NCBI GenBank assembly: GCA_020722725.1
Contig: DYKG01000001.1
Location: 215,106 to 279,105 of the forward strand
DNA length: 64,000 nucleotides
Source of the DNA: Candidatus Methylomirabilis sp.
GTDB taxonomy: Bacteria; Muiribacteriota; Ozemobacteria; Ozemobacterales; Ozemobacteraceae
Direction of reading: 5' to 3'
This document shows positions 46,960-57,371 of this stretch, one piece after another (within the stretch, counting starts at the first letter, position 1; every line of letters begins with the position of its first letter). The notes under the pieces were generated by a model that saw nothing but the letters and a program-made list of their open reading frames with translations, did not search any database and had not been told where the DNA came from. A program made the position numbers and the translations under genes.

Positions 46960-48471
46960 TTACTGGTTTTTTCTCTTAAAAATGCCGAATCTTTCGGTTT
47001 GCAGGGTAATTTCGTAATTTTCAAACAAAAAGCGGCCAAGCTCTGGAAAATCCTGGGCAGTGTCAGGGCCGCTGACTCTTGATTTTAAAAAGACATAGAT
47101 AAACAGGTCAGGCGGTGATTTTTTGAGGGTTTCTATAAATTCGCTTCTCAGACCAGCGATGAATGGGTTTGATACGTGGTGAAAAAAATGGTAATCGTAA
47201 AGAAATCTCGACGCAGTCTGAACTTTTGCCAGAAGCATGCCGTGAATTGCGCCATTTACCCAGTCAAGCGACTGAACTTTCATTCCTGGTTTTAAATTTT
47301 GTTTTAAATAGCTGCAAATTTGATCGGGCACTCCTCCCAGAGGAGGGGAAGGTAATTCGCCCTTGAGCTGTGCCGAAAATTCTGAAGAAATCCCAGTCTG
47401 CGCAACCAGTATAAGAATGGCTCCAAAGGTAAGCATTTTAGCCGGCCTGGTTGGAAAGGATTGGATCAGAAAAACTGAAAATGAGCAGCTGATACAGGCG
47501 AAAAGCAAAAAGGGCGACCAGTGATAAAACCAGAATTGACCTGAAATTGCCGGGTAAAAAAAGCCCAGGGCGCTGAGCAATACAATAACTTTAAAATCAT
47601 TTTTTGATTGGCTGTCGATAAGCCGGTTTGCCAGAAGTAAAATAACCAGAGTTGCCAGAGTAAGGGGCAGAAAATCATTCAGCAGAAATATCCCTGAAAG
47701 GCAATACCAGAATTTTTGCGGCCATTGAATTATGGTAAAATCATGACTGATTTGTGTGTGCAACGGCAGATAGTTAAAAAATATTTTAAAAAAATCATTC
47801 AAACCACCAAGATGAAAAACCCATAGTAACGGAATTGAAAAGCTGGTTGCTGACCCGGAAATAACTGCAAGAATTGAGCTGAATCCGCGGCTGTTAAGCC
47901 AGAGAAGTGGAACAATAAAAACGATCAAATGTGGTTTGAAACAGGCACCGATTCCAACTAGAAATCCAAAAAAAAATATTTTAATCAAAGGGTTCAGATG
48001 TGAAAGTCGCTGACCAGCCAAAATTAAAGCAGCAAGCACGGCGATGATACCAATAAAATCTCTTTGCAGAGCCATCTGGGGCCCCAGTGACTGGTAGGTA
48101 AGGCCGAAAAGAAGGGCTCCAAAGACTCCCTGAGTCCGGGAAAAACGCGAAAGAAAAAAGTAAATCAAAAAAACTGCAAGCACTAGAAAGGCAGAGTCCA
48201 GAATTCTTACTGCCAGATCAGAATAACCGAATAATTTTCCGATAAGACTGTGAAACAAAAGGGTGCCTGGCATGCTGGTTTCAAAAATATCTCGATATGG
48301 AGTCAGTCCGTGCTCATTGATCAGATAGCCTGCATAATTCAACAGGGGGGTATCAAGGTATTGACGCCACTGCAGGCTGGCAAGCAGTTGGGCTGAAAAG
48401 ACCAGCCCCATGATTAAACAGAGCAGTTTAATCGCCGGTTTTAAATAATTGTTTTGTTCGGTTTGTTCCAT
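46960..48471 (-). CDS. Polytopic membrane protein, probable GT-C-type glycosyltransferase (ArnT/PMT-like, family 39/83-like)
   Basis: About 11-12 transmembrane helices with an early DxD-like loop and a C-terminal soluble domain of ~120 aa. The assignment rests on architecture only. Confidence 0.4.
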   Translation of the reverse strand: MEQTEQNNYLKPAIKLLCLIMGLVFSAQLLASLQWRQYLDTPLLNYAGYLINEHGLTPYRDIFETSMPGTLLFHSLIGKLFGYSDLAVRILDSAFLVLAVFLIYFFLSRFSRTQGVFGALLFGLTYQSLGPQMALQRDFIGIIAVLAALILAGQRLSHLNPLIKIFFFGFLVGIGACFKPHLIVFIVPLLWLNSRGFSSILAVISGSATSFSIPLLWVFHLGGLNDFFKIFFNYLPLHTQISHDFTIIQWPQKFWYCLSGIFLLNDFLPLTLATLVILLLANRLIDSQSKNDFKVIVLLSALGFFYPAISGQFWFYHWSPFLLFACISCSFSVFLIQSFPTRPAKMLTFGAILILVAQTGISSEFSAQLKGELPSPPLGGVPDQICSYLKQNLKPGMKVQSLDWVNGAIHGMLLAKVQTASRFLYDYHFFHHVSNPFIAGLRSEFIETLKKSPPDLFIYVFLKSRVSGPDTAQDFPELGRFLFENYEITLQTERFGIFKRKNQ

Positions 48472-48483
48472 TTTGGTGGCCAG

Positions 48484-48528
48484 GTAAAAAAGCTCGCCCG
48501 ATCAGCCCCCCTGGGCTGACCGGGCGAG
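48484..48528 (-). terminator. Rho-independent terminator of the gap-pgk-tpiA operon
   Basis: On the minus strand: CTCGCCCGGTCAGCCC ... GGGCTGATCGGGCGAG stem followed by CTTTTTTAC. Confidence 0.55.
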
Positions 48529-48558
48529 TTGCGATTATTTCTTTGCGGAAAACAGACT

Positions 48559-49311
48559 TCAGTAATTGATCAATGACAGAAATGAATCGGGCTGCAGGCT
48601 TGCCCCGCCGACCAGAGCGCCGTCAATGCCTTCCTGTTCCATGTATGATTTAACGTTTTCAGGCTTAACCGAACCGCCGTAGAGAATTTTTACCTTTTCT
48701 GCGGCGCTTACACCATAGCGGCTGTGAATGAATTCGCGAATCAAAGCGATTGCTTCTTTGGCGTCTTTGGTTGTTGCATTCTTGCCGGTACCGATTGCCC
48801 AGACCGGTTCATAAGCAATCACCAGGCGGTTCACAAATTCTTCTGAAATGCCTTTGAGGTTTTTTTCCATCTGGTTGAGAATGACCTGGTCAGTCATTTT
48901 CTTTTCCCGTTCTTCAAGCTTCTCGCCAACGCAAAGAACTGGAATCAGCCCATTGGTAAAAGCTGCCAGAACCTTTTTGTTGATCATTTCATCAGTTTCA
49001 CCGAAAACCCAGCGGCGTTCAGAATGCCCGAGAATTACGAATTCGCAGTTCAGTTCCTTAAGCATCTGGGGCGCGATTTCACCGGTGAAAGCGCCCTTTT
49101 CTTCAAAATACATGTTCTGGGCACCAAGCAGCACGTTGCTGCCATCACGGGCCTGATCAACGGCGTTAATCAGGGTGAAGGGCGGGCAAATGAGGATGTC
49201 GCGATCTTTTACATCGGCAACTTTAGGCAGCAGCTCGCTCATGAAGCTTTTTGCCTCCTGAGTGGTTTTGTGCATTTTCCAGTTGGCGGCGATCAGAGGT
49301 CGTCTGCTCAT
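48559..49311 (-). CDS. tpiA: Triosephosphate isomerase
   Basis: IAYEPVWAIGTG and GHSERR motifs, 250 aa. Confidence 0.95.
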   Translation of the reverse strand: MSRRPLIAANWKMHKTTQEAKSFMSELLPKVADVKDRDILICPPFTLINAVDQARDGSNVLLGAQNMYFEEKGAFTGEIAPQMLKELNCEFVILGHSERRWVFGETDEMINKKVLAAFTNGLIPVLCVGEKLEEREKKMTDQVILNQMEKNLKGISEEFVNRLVIAYEPVWAIGTGKNATTKDAKEAIALIREFIHSRYGVSAAEKVKILYGGSVKPENVKSYMEQEGIDGALVGGASLQPDSFLSLINY

Positions 49312-50519
49312 TTTCCTGCTCCTTCGGCCATTTCCTTGATGTCGCGTGAAAAAATTTCGATGCCGGGCAGAACCTGGCCTTCGAGGAATTCGAGGCAGGC
49401 TCCGCCGCCGGTTGATACGTGAGAAACCTTGTCGGCAGCGCCCATCTGTTCGATGGCAGCCACTGAATCGCCGCCGCCAACAACGGTGGTAGCTTTCAGG
49501 GTGGTCAGAAGCTCAGCAATTTTGCGGGTTCCAACATCAAATGGCGCAGTTTCGAAAACGCCCATCGGGCCGTTCCAAAGAACGGTTTTGGCCTTTCTAA
49601 GCTCAGCGGCGAAAGCCTTGATGGTGTCGGGGCCAATGTCGAGACCGAGTTCGTCGGCGGGCATATTTTTGATCGAGAGGGTTTTGATGGCAACTCCTTC
49701 TTTAATTTCTCTGGCAGTAACCACATCGGTTGGCAGAAGCAGAGTTTTGCCGGTTGCTTTGGCTTTTTCCATCAGTTTGAGAGCCAGCTCAAGCTTGTCT
49801 TCTTCACATATAGATTTGCCGATGTTGTAACCAAGAGCTTTCAAAAAAGTGAAGGCCATGCCGCCGCCGATCAACAGTGAATCAACTTTCTGCAGCAGGT
49901 TTTCAATAACCAGAATCTTATCGCTTACTTTGGCGCCGCCCATAACGGCAACCAGCGGGCGATCGGGAGAATTGGTAACTTTTCCCAGATAATTGATTTC
50001 TTTTTCCATCAGGAACCCGGCATAGGCGGGAAGGGTGTCGGCGATACCTGCAGTTGAAGCGTGTGCGCGGTGCGCGGTGCCGAATGCGTCACTGACGAAA
50101 ATGTCGCCAAGAGCAGCCAGAGCTTTGCTGAAAGTTGGATCATTCTTTTCTTCTTCTTTATGGAAGCGAAGGTTTTCGAGCAATGCAACCTCGCCGTTTT
50201 TCAGGCTGTTTACAACGGTCTGAGCTTTTTCGCCGATACAATCATCAGCAAATTTAACTGGTTTGCCCAGCAGCTGGCTCAAATGTGAAACCAATGATTT
50301 AAGTGAATATTTGTCAACCGGCTGACCTTTGGGGCGGCCGAGGTGGCTCATAACAACAAGTCTGCCACCCTTTTCCATGATATGTTTAAGGGTGGGAACT
50401 GCCATGCGCATTCTGGTGTCGTCGGTGATTTTCAGGTTCTCATCGAGAGGAACGTTGAAATCAACGCGAACAAGAACACGGCGGCCGGTAAAATCGATGT
50501 CTCTAATAGTTCTGAACAT
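49308..50519 (-). CDS. pgk: Phosphoglycerate kinase
   Basis: VRVDFNVPLD N-terminus and GGGA...GG hinge motifs, 403 aa. It overlaps tpiA by 4 nt. Confidence 0.95.
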   Translation of the reverse strand: MFRTIRDIDFTGRRVLVRVDFNVPLDENLKITDDTRMRMAVPTLKHIMEKGGRLVVMSHLGRPKGQPVDKYSLKSLVSHLSQLLGKPVKFADDCIGEKAQTVVNSLKNGEVALLENLRFHKEEEKNDPTFSKALAALGDIFVSDAFGTAHRAHASTAGIADTLPAYAGFLMEKEINYLGKVTNSPDRPLVAVMGGAKVSDKILVIENLLQKVDSLLIGGGMAFTFLKALGYNIGKSICEEDKLELALKLMEKAKATGKTLLLPTDVVTAREIKEGVAIKTLSIKNMPADELGLDIGPDTIKAFAAELRKAKTVLWNGPMGVFETAPFDVGTRKIAELLTTLKATTVVGGGDSVAAIEQMGAADKVSHVSTGGGACLEFLEGQVLPGIEIFSRDIKEMAEGAGK

Positions 50520-50560
50520 TTATAAATGCCTCCTTGTGCGGAAGTTTGAGTCACATTATA

Positions 50561-50604
50561 CCTGAAAAAACAAAAACAGGAAACCCGCATTTAAGGGTTT
50601 CCTG
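50561..50604 (-). terminator. Intra-operon hairpin (partial terminator/attenuator) between gap and pgk
   Basis: 10-bp perfect stem CAGGAAACCC/GGGTTTCCTG. On the minus strand it is followed by TTTTTGTTTTTTCAGG. Confidence 0.4.
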
Positions 50605-50630
50605 CTTAGCGTTAAACAACAAGTTTGCCG

Positions 50631-51695
<1,065 letters not shown>

Positions 51696-51722
51696 TTAAT
51701 GTCAAGCAACAATTTGCAATTA

Positions 51723-54437
51723 TTACTTATCGAGCTTCTTTTTGAAAGATTCGAGCTGTTCTTTAAGCAGATCGCCAATGGTATCAGAGAAACCAGTATT
51801 GGATTCAGCCTGGTATTTCTGCAGTTCCCTGGCATCACTGTCCATGGAAGCTTCTTTGATCGAGAGTTTCAGACGGCGGTTCTTGCGATCGAGTTCAAGA
51901 ACTTTGAAAGTTACGGCCTGGCCTTCTCTAACCACTTCTGAAGGGCTGTTCACGCGCTGGGCTGAAAGCTGAGAGATGTGGATGAAGCCAGAGATGCCGT
52001 CGGCAACTTCAACTTCGGCTCCGTTTTCAACGATAGCGCTGATTTTGCCTTCGTGAATGCTTTCTTTTGAATATTTGCGTTCAATTTCCTTCCAGGGGTC
52101 ATCCTGGAGGCGGCGCATTGACAGGCCGATTTTCTGCTTGTTCTTGTCGATTTCATAAACCATTACGTTTACCTGATCGCCGACTTTAAGGACTTCAGAG
52201 GGGTCAGAAACTTCTGACTGCCACGAAATTTCAGAAATGTGCAGCAGACCTTCGAGACCGTTTTCCAGCTGAACGAAAGCACCATAGGGAACCAGGTTCT
52301 TAACTACGCCGGTAACCTGCTGGCCAGGTTTATAATCGCCTTCAACTGCTTCCCATGGGTCGGTGGTTGTCTGTTTCAGGCCCAGAGACAGGCGGTGATT
52401 GGACATGTCGATGTTGAGAATCTTGACTTTGACCTGCTGGCCTTTTTCAAGAATTTCTTTGGGGTGGTTGACCTTTTTAACCCAGTCCATGTCGGAAACA
52501 TGCAGCAGGCCTTCAATACCCTGATCGATTTCGATGAAAGCACCGAAGTCGGTCATATTGTTAACTTTGCCGTTAACCACATCGCCGATTTTGTAGCGTT
52601 TTTCGATATCCTGCCAGGGGTGTGGCTGGCTTTCTTTGTAAGAGAGAGAGATTCTTTTCTTTTCCTGGTCGATTTCTTTGATTACGACCTGAATTTCATC
52701 ACTTGATTTAACTATTTCCGAGGGGTGTTTCACATTGCGTGACCATGAAAGGTCAGAAATGTGAACCAGGCCTTCAACACCTTCTTCGAGTTCGACGAAT
52801 GCGCCGAATTCCATAAGGTTTTTAACTTTACCCTGGTATTTCTGGCCGACCTTGTAACGGTTGGCAACGCTTTCCCAGGGGTTTTCTTTTTTCTGTTTGA
52901 GGCCGAGGCTGATTTTTTTCTTTTCAACATCGAGTTTTAGAATCTTGGCTTCAATTTCTTCGCCTGGCTGAACTACTTCGCGGGGGTTTGAAATAACTGA
53001 CCAGCTCAGGTCATTGCGGTGAATGAGGCCTTCAACGCCATCGCCGAGGTCAACAAAAGCGCCGTATTCAACGATTCTTGAAACGGTTCCCTTGATCACA
53101 TCATCAACCTTGAAACTGTTGAAAATTTCATCGCATTTGCGGTCGCGCAATTTATCGAGGATGGCGCGTTCAGATACGACGACATTCTTGCGTTTGCGGT
53201 CAAATTCAGTCACCATCATCGGGAAAGCTTTACCGATGTTTTCTTTGGCATTTTTGCCGTGTGAAAGCTGACTCTGGGGCAGGAACGCTCTGACGCCACG
53301 GATGCTGACATTGTAGCCGCCTTTGATGCGTTCTTTGAGCACGCCTTCAATTGGGGTTTTGCGCTTAAAAGCTTCGTCGATTTCATCCCATGCGCCCAGT
53401 TCCTTTGCCCTTTGGAATGAGAGCAAAAGCTGGCCGTGACCATCGTCTACCTTTTTCACATAAACCCTGATTTCATCGCCAACATTGAAGTTGCCTTCTT
53501 CGCCACCGAATTCTTCGATGGGAACAATTCCGTCTGATTTGTAGCCCAAATCGACGTAGATACCGGATTGATTTTTTTCGATGATGGTCCCGGTTACAAT
53601 TGCTCCCTTGGAGATGGTTCGGAACTCTCCATTCAGAGCTTCCTCCATGGTCATCTGATTGTCCATGGTCTCTGAATTCTGTTCCTGATCTGTGTTTGTC
53701 ATATTGACTTGGTCCATATTTTCCTCCGATGGGATCTTCTTGTCCCGGGTATTAGTAACAATTTCGATAATCCGCTCAATTACCTGATCGATGGAAAGAG
53801 CGGTTGTATCCAGATAAACGGCGCCATCAGCCTGAATGAGTGGTGCAACTTCACGATTTGAATCGATCTCGTCACGGCGGGCAATTTCCTGCTTGAGTGA
53901 ATCAAGATCGGCTTCAATGCCTTTTTGTTGAAAATCGAGCAGGCGTCGCTGCGCCCTTTCCTCGATCGATGCAGTAAGAAAAATCTTGGCGCGGGCATTG
54001 GGGAACACGACTGAACCGATATCACGGCCGTCGACTACCCATTTGCCACGTTGCCCGATTTTGCGCTGCAGATTGGTCATGCACTCGCGAACTTCGGGGA
54101 CTGCGGCAACGAAAGAGACGTTGCGGGCAACCTCAGGCTTGCGAATTTCGAGAGTGACGTTAGCGTTATTCAAATAAACTTCTGGAAGAATGGAATTGCG
54201 GCTTTCTTTAAAACTGATGCTGCTTTCTTGTGCGCAACGGGAAATCGCTGGCTTGTCTTCAAATGAAATGTTTTCCTGAAGTGCTTTCAGGGTGACAGCG
54301 CGATACATGGCCCCGGTGTCAAGATAGTTGTAACCAAGCTTTTCAGCCACCCGTCTGGCGACCGTACTCTTGCCGGCCCCGGCGGGACCATCGATTGCGA
54401 CTACTTCGCAGGTATTCTGTCTAGGGCTGGAATTCAA
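51723..54437 (-). CDS. Bifunctional cytidylate kinase / 30S ribosomal protein S1 fusion
   Basis: The N-terminal ~220 aa are Cmk (VVAIDGPAGAGKSTVAR...LDTGAMYRA). Six S1 domains follow, with repeated F..G..V.G.V..i..fGaFV.L..g.eGLlHiS units. Confidence 0.9.
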   Translation of the reverse strand: MNSSPRQNTCEVVAIDGPAGAGKSTVARRVAEKLGYNYLDTGAMYRAVTLKALQENISFEDKPAISRCAQESSISFKESRNSILPEVYLNNANVTLEIRKPEVARNVSFVAAVPEVRECMTNLQRKIGQRGKWVVDGRDIGSVVFPNARAKIFLTASIEERAQRRLLDFQQKGIEADLDSLKQEIARRDEIDSNREVAPLIQADGAVYLDTTALSIDQVIERIIEIVTNTRDKKIPSEENMDQVNMTNTDQEQNSETMDNQMTMEEALNGEFRTISKGAIVTGTIIEKNQSGIYVDLGYKSDGIVPIEEFGGEEGNFNVGDEIRVYVKKVDDGHGQLLLSFQRAKELGAWDEIDEAFKRKTPIEGVLKERIKGGYNVSIRGVRAFLPQSQLSHGKNAKENIGKAFPMMVTEFDRKRKNVVVSERAILDKLRDRKCDEIFNSFKVDDVIKGTVSRIVEYGAFVDLGDGVEGLIHRNDLSWSVISNPREVVQPGEEIEAKILKLDVEKKKISLGLKQKKENPWESVANRYKVGQKYQGKVKNLMEFGAFVELEEGVEGLVHISDLSWSRNVKHPSEIVKSSDEIQVVIKEIDQEKKRISLSYKESQPHPWQDIEKRYKIGDVVNGKVNNMTDFGAFIEIDQGIEGLLHVSDMDWVKKVNHPKEILEKGQQVKVKILNIDMSNHRLSLGLKQTTTDPWEAVEGDYKPGQQVTGVVKNLVPYGAFVQLENGLEGLLHISEISWQSEVSDPSEVLKVGDQVNVMVYEIDKNKQKIGLSMRRLQDDPWKEIERKYSKESIHEGKISAIVENGAEVEVADGISGFIHISQLSAQRVNSPSEVVREGQAVTFKVLELDRKNRRLKLSIKEASMDSDARELQKYQAESNTGFSDTIGDLLKEQLESFKKKLDK

Positions 54438-54577
54438 ACTATCACAAGCTCCTGAGTTGATGATTGCCTGAAAAAATTTACAAGCAACTAGTGGCCGTTA
54501 GTGTACAACATTTCAAGGAAAGATGCAACAAAAAAAAGATGATTAATTTTGTTTTGTCAGGCGCATAAATTCATGCT

Positions 54578-55897
54578 TTACCAGCATAAATCATTTTTTG
54601 CTTCAAAAAAAGTTTCAGGCGAAAATGTCTGGAAAAAATCCGAAAATTCTGGAAACGAAATTTTGACGCATTGGTGATTGGCAATAAGCATGCCCTGCTC
54701 AGAAGCCAGGGCCATAACCGCCATGGTTGCTGCAATTCGATGATCCCCTGCCGGTTCTACAGTATGCCTTTTCGTAATTTTAGCGGGCCCGGTTATGCAA
54801 TAACCATCTTCAAGCTCTTCAACCGCTACTCCAATTTGCTTTAACAGGCGACAAATACTGGAAATTCTGTCTGATTCTTTTATTCGTAGTTGCGCTGCTC
54901 CTCTTACCGATGAAGTTCCAATCGCAAAAGCCATTACTGCTGCAAGAACCGGAAGTTCATCGATCAGGCCCGGCACTTCATGACCTTCAATGTTGACCGC
55001 TTTCAGATCAGGGCTGAAGCCTGCATGGATCGTACCTGACTCTTCAAACTCTGAAGATTCAACTTTCCAGTTCAGTTGCGCGCCCATCTGTTTGAGCTTG
55101 TGAAGAAAAGCGATTCTCTGCGGGTTCAGCAGAACGTTGTTTATTTCAATTTTTGAGCCAGGTAACAGCGTTGCCGCTGCAACAATAAAAGCGGCGGAGC
55201 TGGTGTCACCGGGAACCTTGAACGAGAAATCGCCGGCTGAGTTGAAAGGGCCTCTGAGAGTGATTCTGCCGGCATCGGCAGTGATTTCTGCGCCAAGTTC
55301 CCTGAGCAATATCTCGCTGTGGTTACGGCTCTGCAGCGGTTCTTCAATTGTTGTCAGACCTTCAGCACGGGTCGCTGCAAGAAGAATGGCTGATTTTACC
55401 TGGGCCGAAGCTACCTGCAGATTGTGACTGATCGGGTCTAGTTTTGCACTGCCGGTAATGGTCAGCGGTAATCTGCCATCATTACATGAAAAACCTGCTC
55501 CCATCTTTTCCAGCGGCTCGATTACCCGGCGCATCGGTCGTCGGCTCAGCGATTCGTCGCCGGTCAGCCTGAAGGAAAAGGGCAAACCGGCTAGAATGCC
55601 ACATAGTAGCCGTGCAGTTGTGCCCGAGTTGCCGCAGAAAATTTCTGAGCGGCGCAAGTCTGAGATTTCAGCTGGACTTTCAAGGCACAGGCGCTTATCT
55701 GGCAGCGTTTCGATTCTTCCGCCTGCCTGTTCGAAAATTTTCAGGCTGGTCTTCACATCATCGCATTGCGAAATATTCTCGATGATGAATCGCCCGTGAT
55801 GCTGTAGGGCGAAGAGAAGCAGCCGGTGTGAAATCGATTTGTCGCCACCCAGACTGATCGCGCCTTGCCAGCCTCGACCCGGCCTGAACAGCTTCAT
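54578..55897 (-). CDS. aroA: 3-phosphoshikimate 1-carboxyvinyltransferase (EPSP synthase)
   Basis: LGGDKSISHR N-terminal motif. 439 aa, two-domain EPSP synthase pattern. Confidence 0.9.
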   Translation of the reverse strand: MKLFRPGRGWQGAISLGGDKSISHRLLLFALQHHGRFIIENISQCDDVKTSLKIFEQAGGRIETLPDKRLCLESPAEISDLRRSEIFCGNSGTTARLLCGILAGLPFSFRLTGDESLSRRPMRRVIEPLEKMGAGFSCNDGRLPLTITGSAKLDPISHNLQVASAQVKSAILLAATRAEGLTTIEEPLQSRNHSEILLRELGAEITADAGRITLRGPFNSAGDFSFKVPGDTSSAAFIVAAATLLPGSKIEINNVLLNPQRIAFLHKLKQMGAQLNWKVESSEFEESGTIHAGFSPDLKAVNIEGHEVPGLIDELPVLAAVMAFAIGTSSVRGAAQLRIKESDRISSICRLLKQIGVAVEELEDGYCITGPAKITKRHTVEPAGDHRIAATMAVMALASEQGMLIANHQCVKISFPEFSDFFQTFSPETFFEAKNDLCW

Positions 55898-57204
55898 TGC
55901 CGTTTTAATGGTTTGCCAAGCATGATAGCCAGAATCTGGTCATCGGTTTCTAACATGCCAGGAGCGGCTATCAGGCCTATGTTGGCCAGGCTAGATTCGA
56001 GATTTTCACCAAGAACCCCATTGGTCGTCGGCAATTTCAGGCCTCGCATTGCCATCAGCGCGGCTTGAAACGCTGAATCTACCGCACAGACGAGTTTAAT
56101 TGAACAGCCGACTTTGGCGCCATCACAGATAATGCCGGTTATGCTTCCAACCATATTATTAACCGCTGCCGTGGCTATTTCGAGAGTTCCGCCGAGCAGA
56201 TAAACTGCCCCGGCTGTCAAACCTGTGCCTGAGCAGACTACACAGCCGCACATTGCTGAAAGGGTGCCGGTATGGTGCTTGAGAATGCTGGTTATGCCAT
56301 GGGCTATTGCCAGTGCTTCGGCAAGCTTTTCCTGGTCAGCTTTTAGATGTTCTGCCAGCACATAGAGCGGCAGACTTATGGTGAGCCCCTGGTTGCCAGA
56401 CCCGGCGGAGGTCATTACTGCCAGGTTGCAACCCGACATTCTGGCATCAACCGCCGCAGAGGTAAGTGCCTTGGCTTTGTTGATCACGTCGTTGCCGAGC
56501 CAGCCGTCAGCGATGAGGTTGTTGTAGATGTTGCCGATATTGAGAAAACCGTCCTTATTCATGCCGGCCTGAGCTACCTTCAAGTTCATCTCGATGCCGT
56601 TCAAAAGCAGAGCGCGGGTTTCTTTCGACAGATCCTTCACGCTGTTCCAGATTTTGGCAAACGAGGTTTCAGCAAGTTTCCGGCGCTGCTTCAAAAGTTT
56701 GTCTGAGCCCTCCATGCCTGTTTTTTTCGAGGTAAAAAGAACTTCGTCGTTTTTCTGCAGGTGGGTAAGGTTTTCATGACTGCCTGAAATAACTGCTATG
56801 CCGGTATTGCCCTTTTTATCGATTACTCTCGCTTCAACGAAAAGACCATGCTTTCCCGAGGCAAGATCGATGCTGATTGCCTCTCGGGTTACCAGCCTGC
56901 CGGCCTTTTCCAGCCATTTTTCATCTACCCCTTCAAGTAGTGTCAGATCTGGTTCCTCCATGGTGGTAAAACAGCCAAGCGCTGCAGCCAGAGGAATGCC
57001 ACGGTCGCCCCTGGTGCCGGGAATGCCCACTTCCATTGCATTCTTAAGTAGATTGGTCGAGAGTTTCAGCTCTATTTTTTCTATATCCCTGCCGACCAGA
57101 CGTCTGGCCTTGCAGGTTGCCAGTGCGATGGCTATAGGCTCAGTGCAGCCGAGCGCTGCCTTGATGTCGAGTTTAAGAGTGTTTTCAAGTGTTGCAAGGC
57201 TCAT
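55894..57204 (-). CDS. Serine dehydratase-alpha-like / L-cysteine desulfidase-like (UPF0597 family) protein
   Basis: N-terminal KAALGCTEPIAIALA and Cys-containing segments (AMCGCVVCSG). 436 aa. Its stop overlaps the aroA start by 4 nt. Confidence 0.5.
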   Translation of the reverse strand: MSLATLENTLKLDIKAALGCTEPIAIALATCKARRLVGRDIEKIELKLSTNLLKNAMEVGIPGTRGDRGIPLAAALGCFTTMEEPDLTLLEGVDEKWLEKAGRLVTREAISIDLASGKHGLFVEARVIDKKGNTGIAVISGSHENLTHLQKNDEVLFTSKKTGMEGSDKLLKQRRKLAETSFAKIWNSVKDLSKETRALLLNGIEMNLKVAQAGMNKDGFLNIGNIYNNLIADGWLGNDVINKAKALTSAAVDARMSGCNLAVMTSAGSGNQGLTISLPLYVLAEHLKADQEKLAEALAIAHGITSILKHHTGTLSAMCGCVVCSGTGLTAGAVYLLGGTLEIATAAVNNMVGSITGIICDGAKVGCSIKLVCAVDSAFQAALMAMRGLKLPTTNGVLGENLESSLANIGLIAAPGMLETDDQILAIMLGKPLKRQ

Positions 57205-57371
57205 GCTTTCCTCCGGACATTTTTGTCGAATGATCGATTGAACCGAATTCTAGCAGCATGCGACCCGATATGTCCATAGTTCCGGATCAATCATGGAAAT
57301 TCCCGGCAAAGAGCTGATTGTGCTTTCACCGCAAATCACGGGGCAAACAAAACCTGTTGCATTGATAAAAA

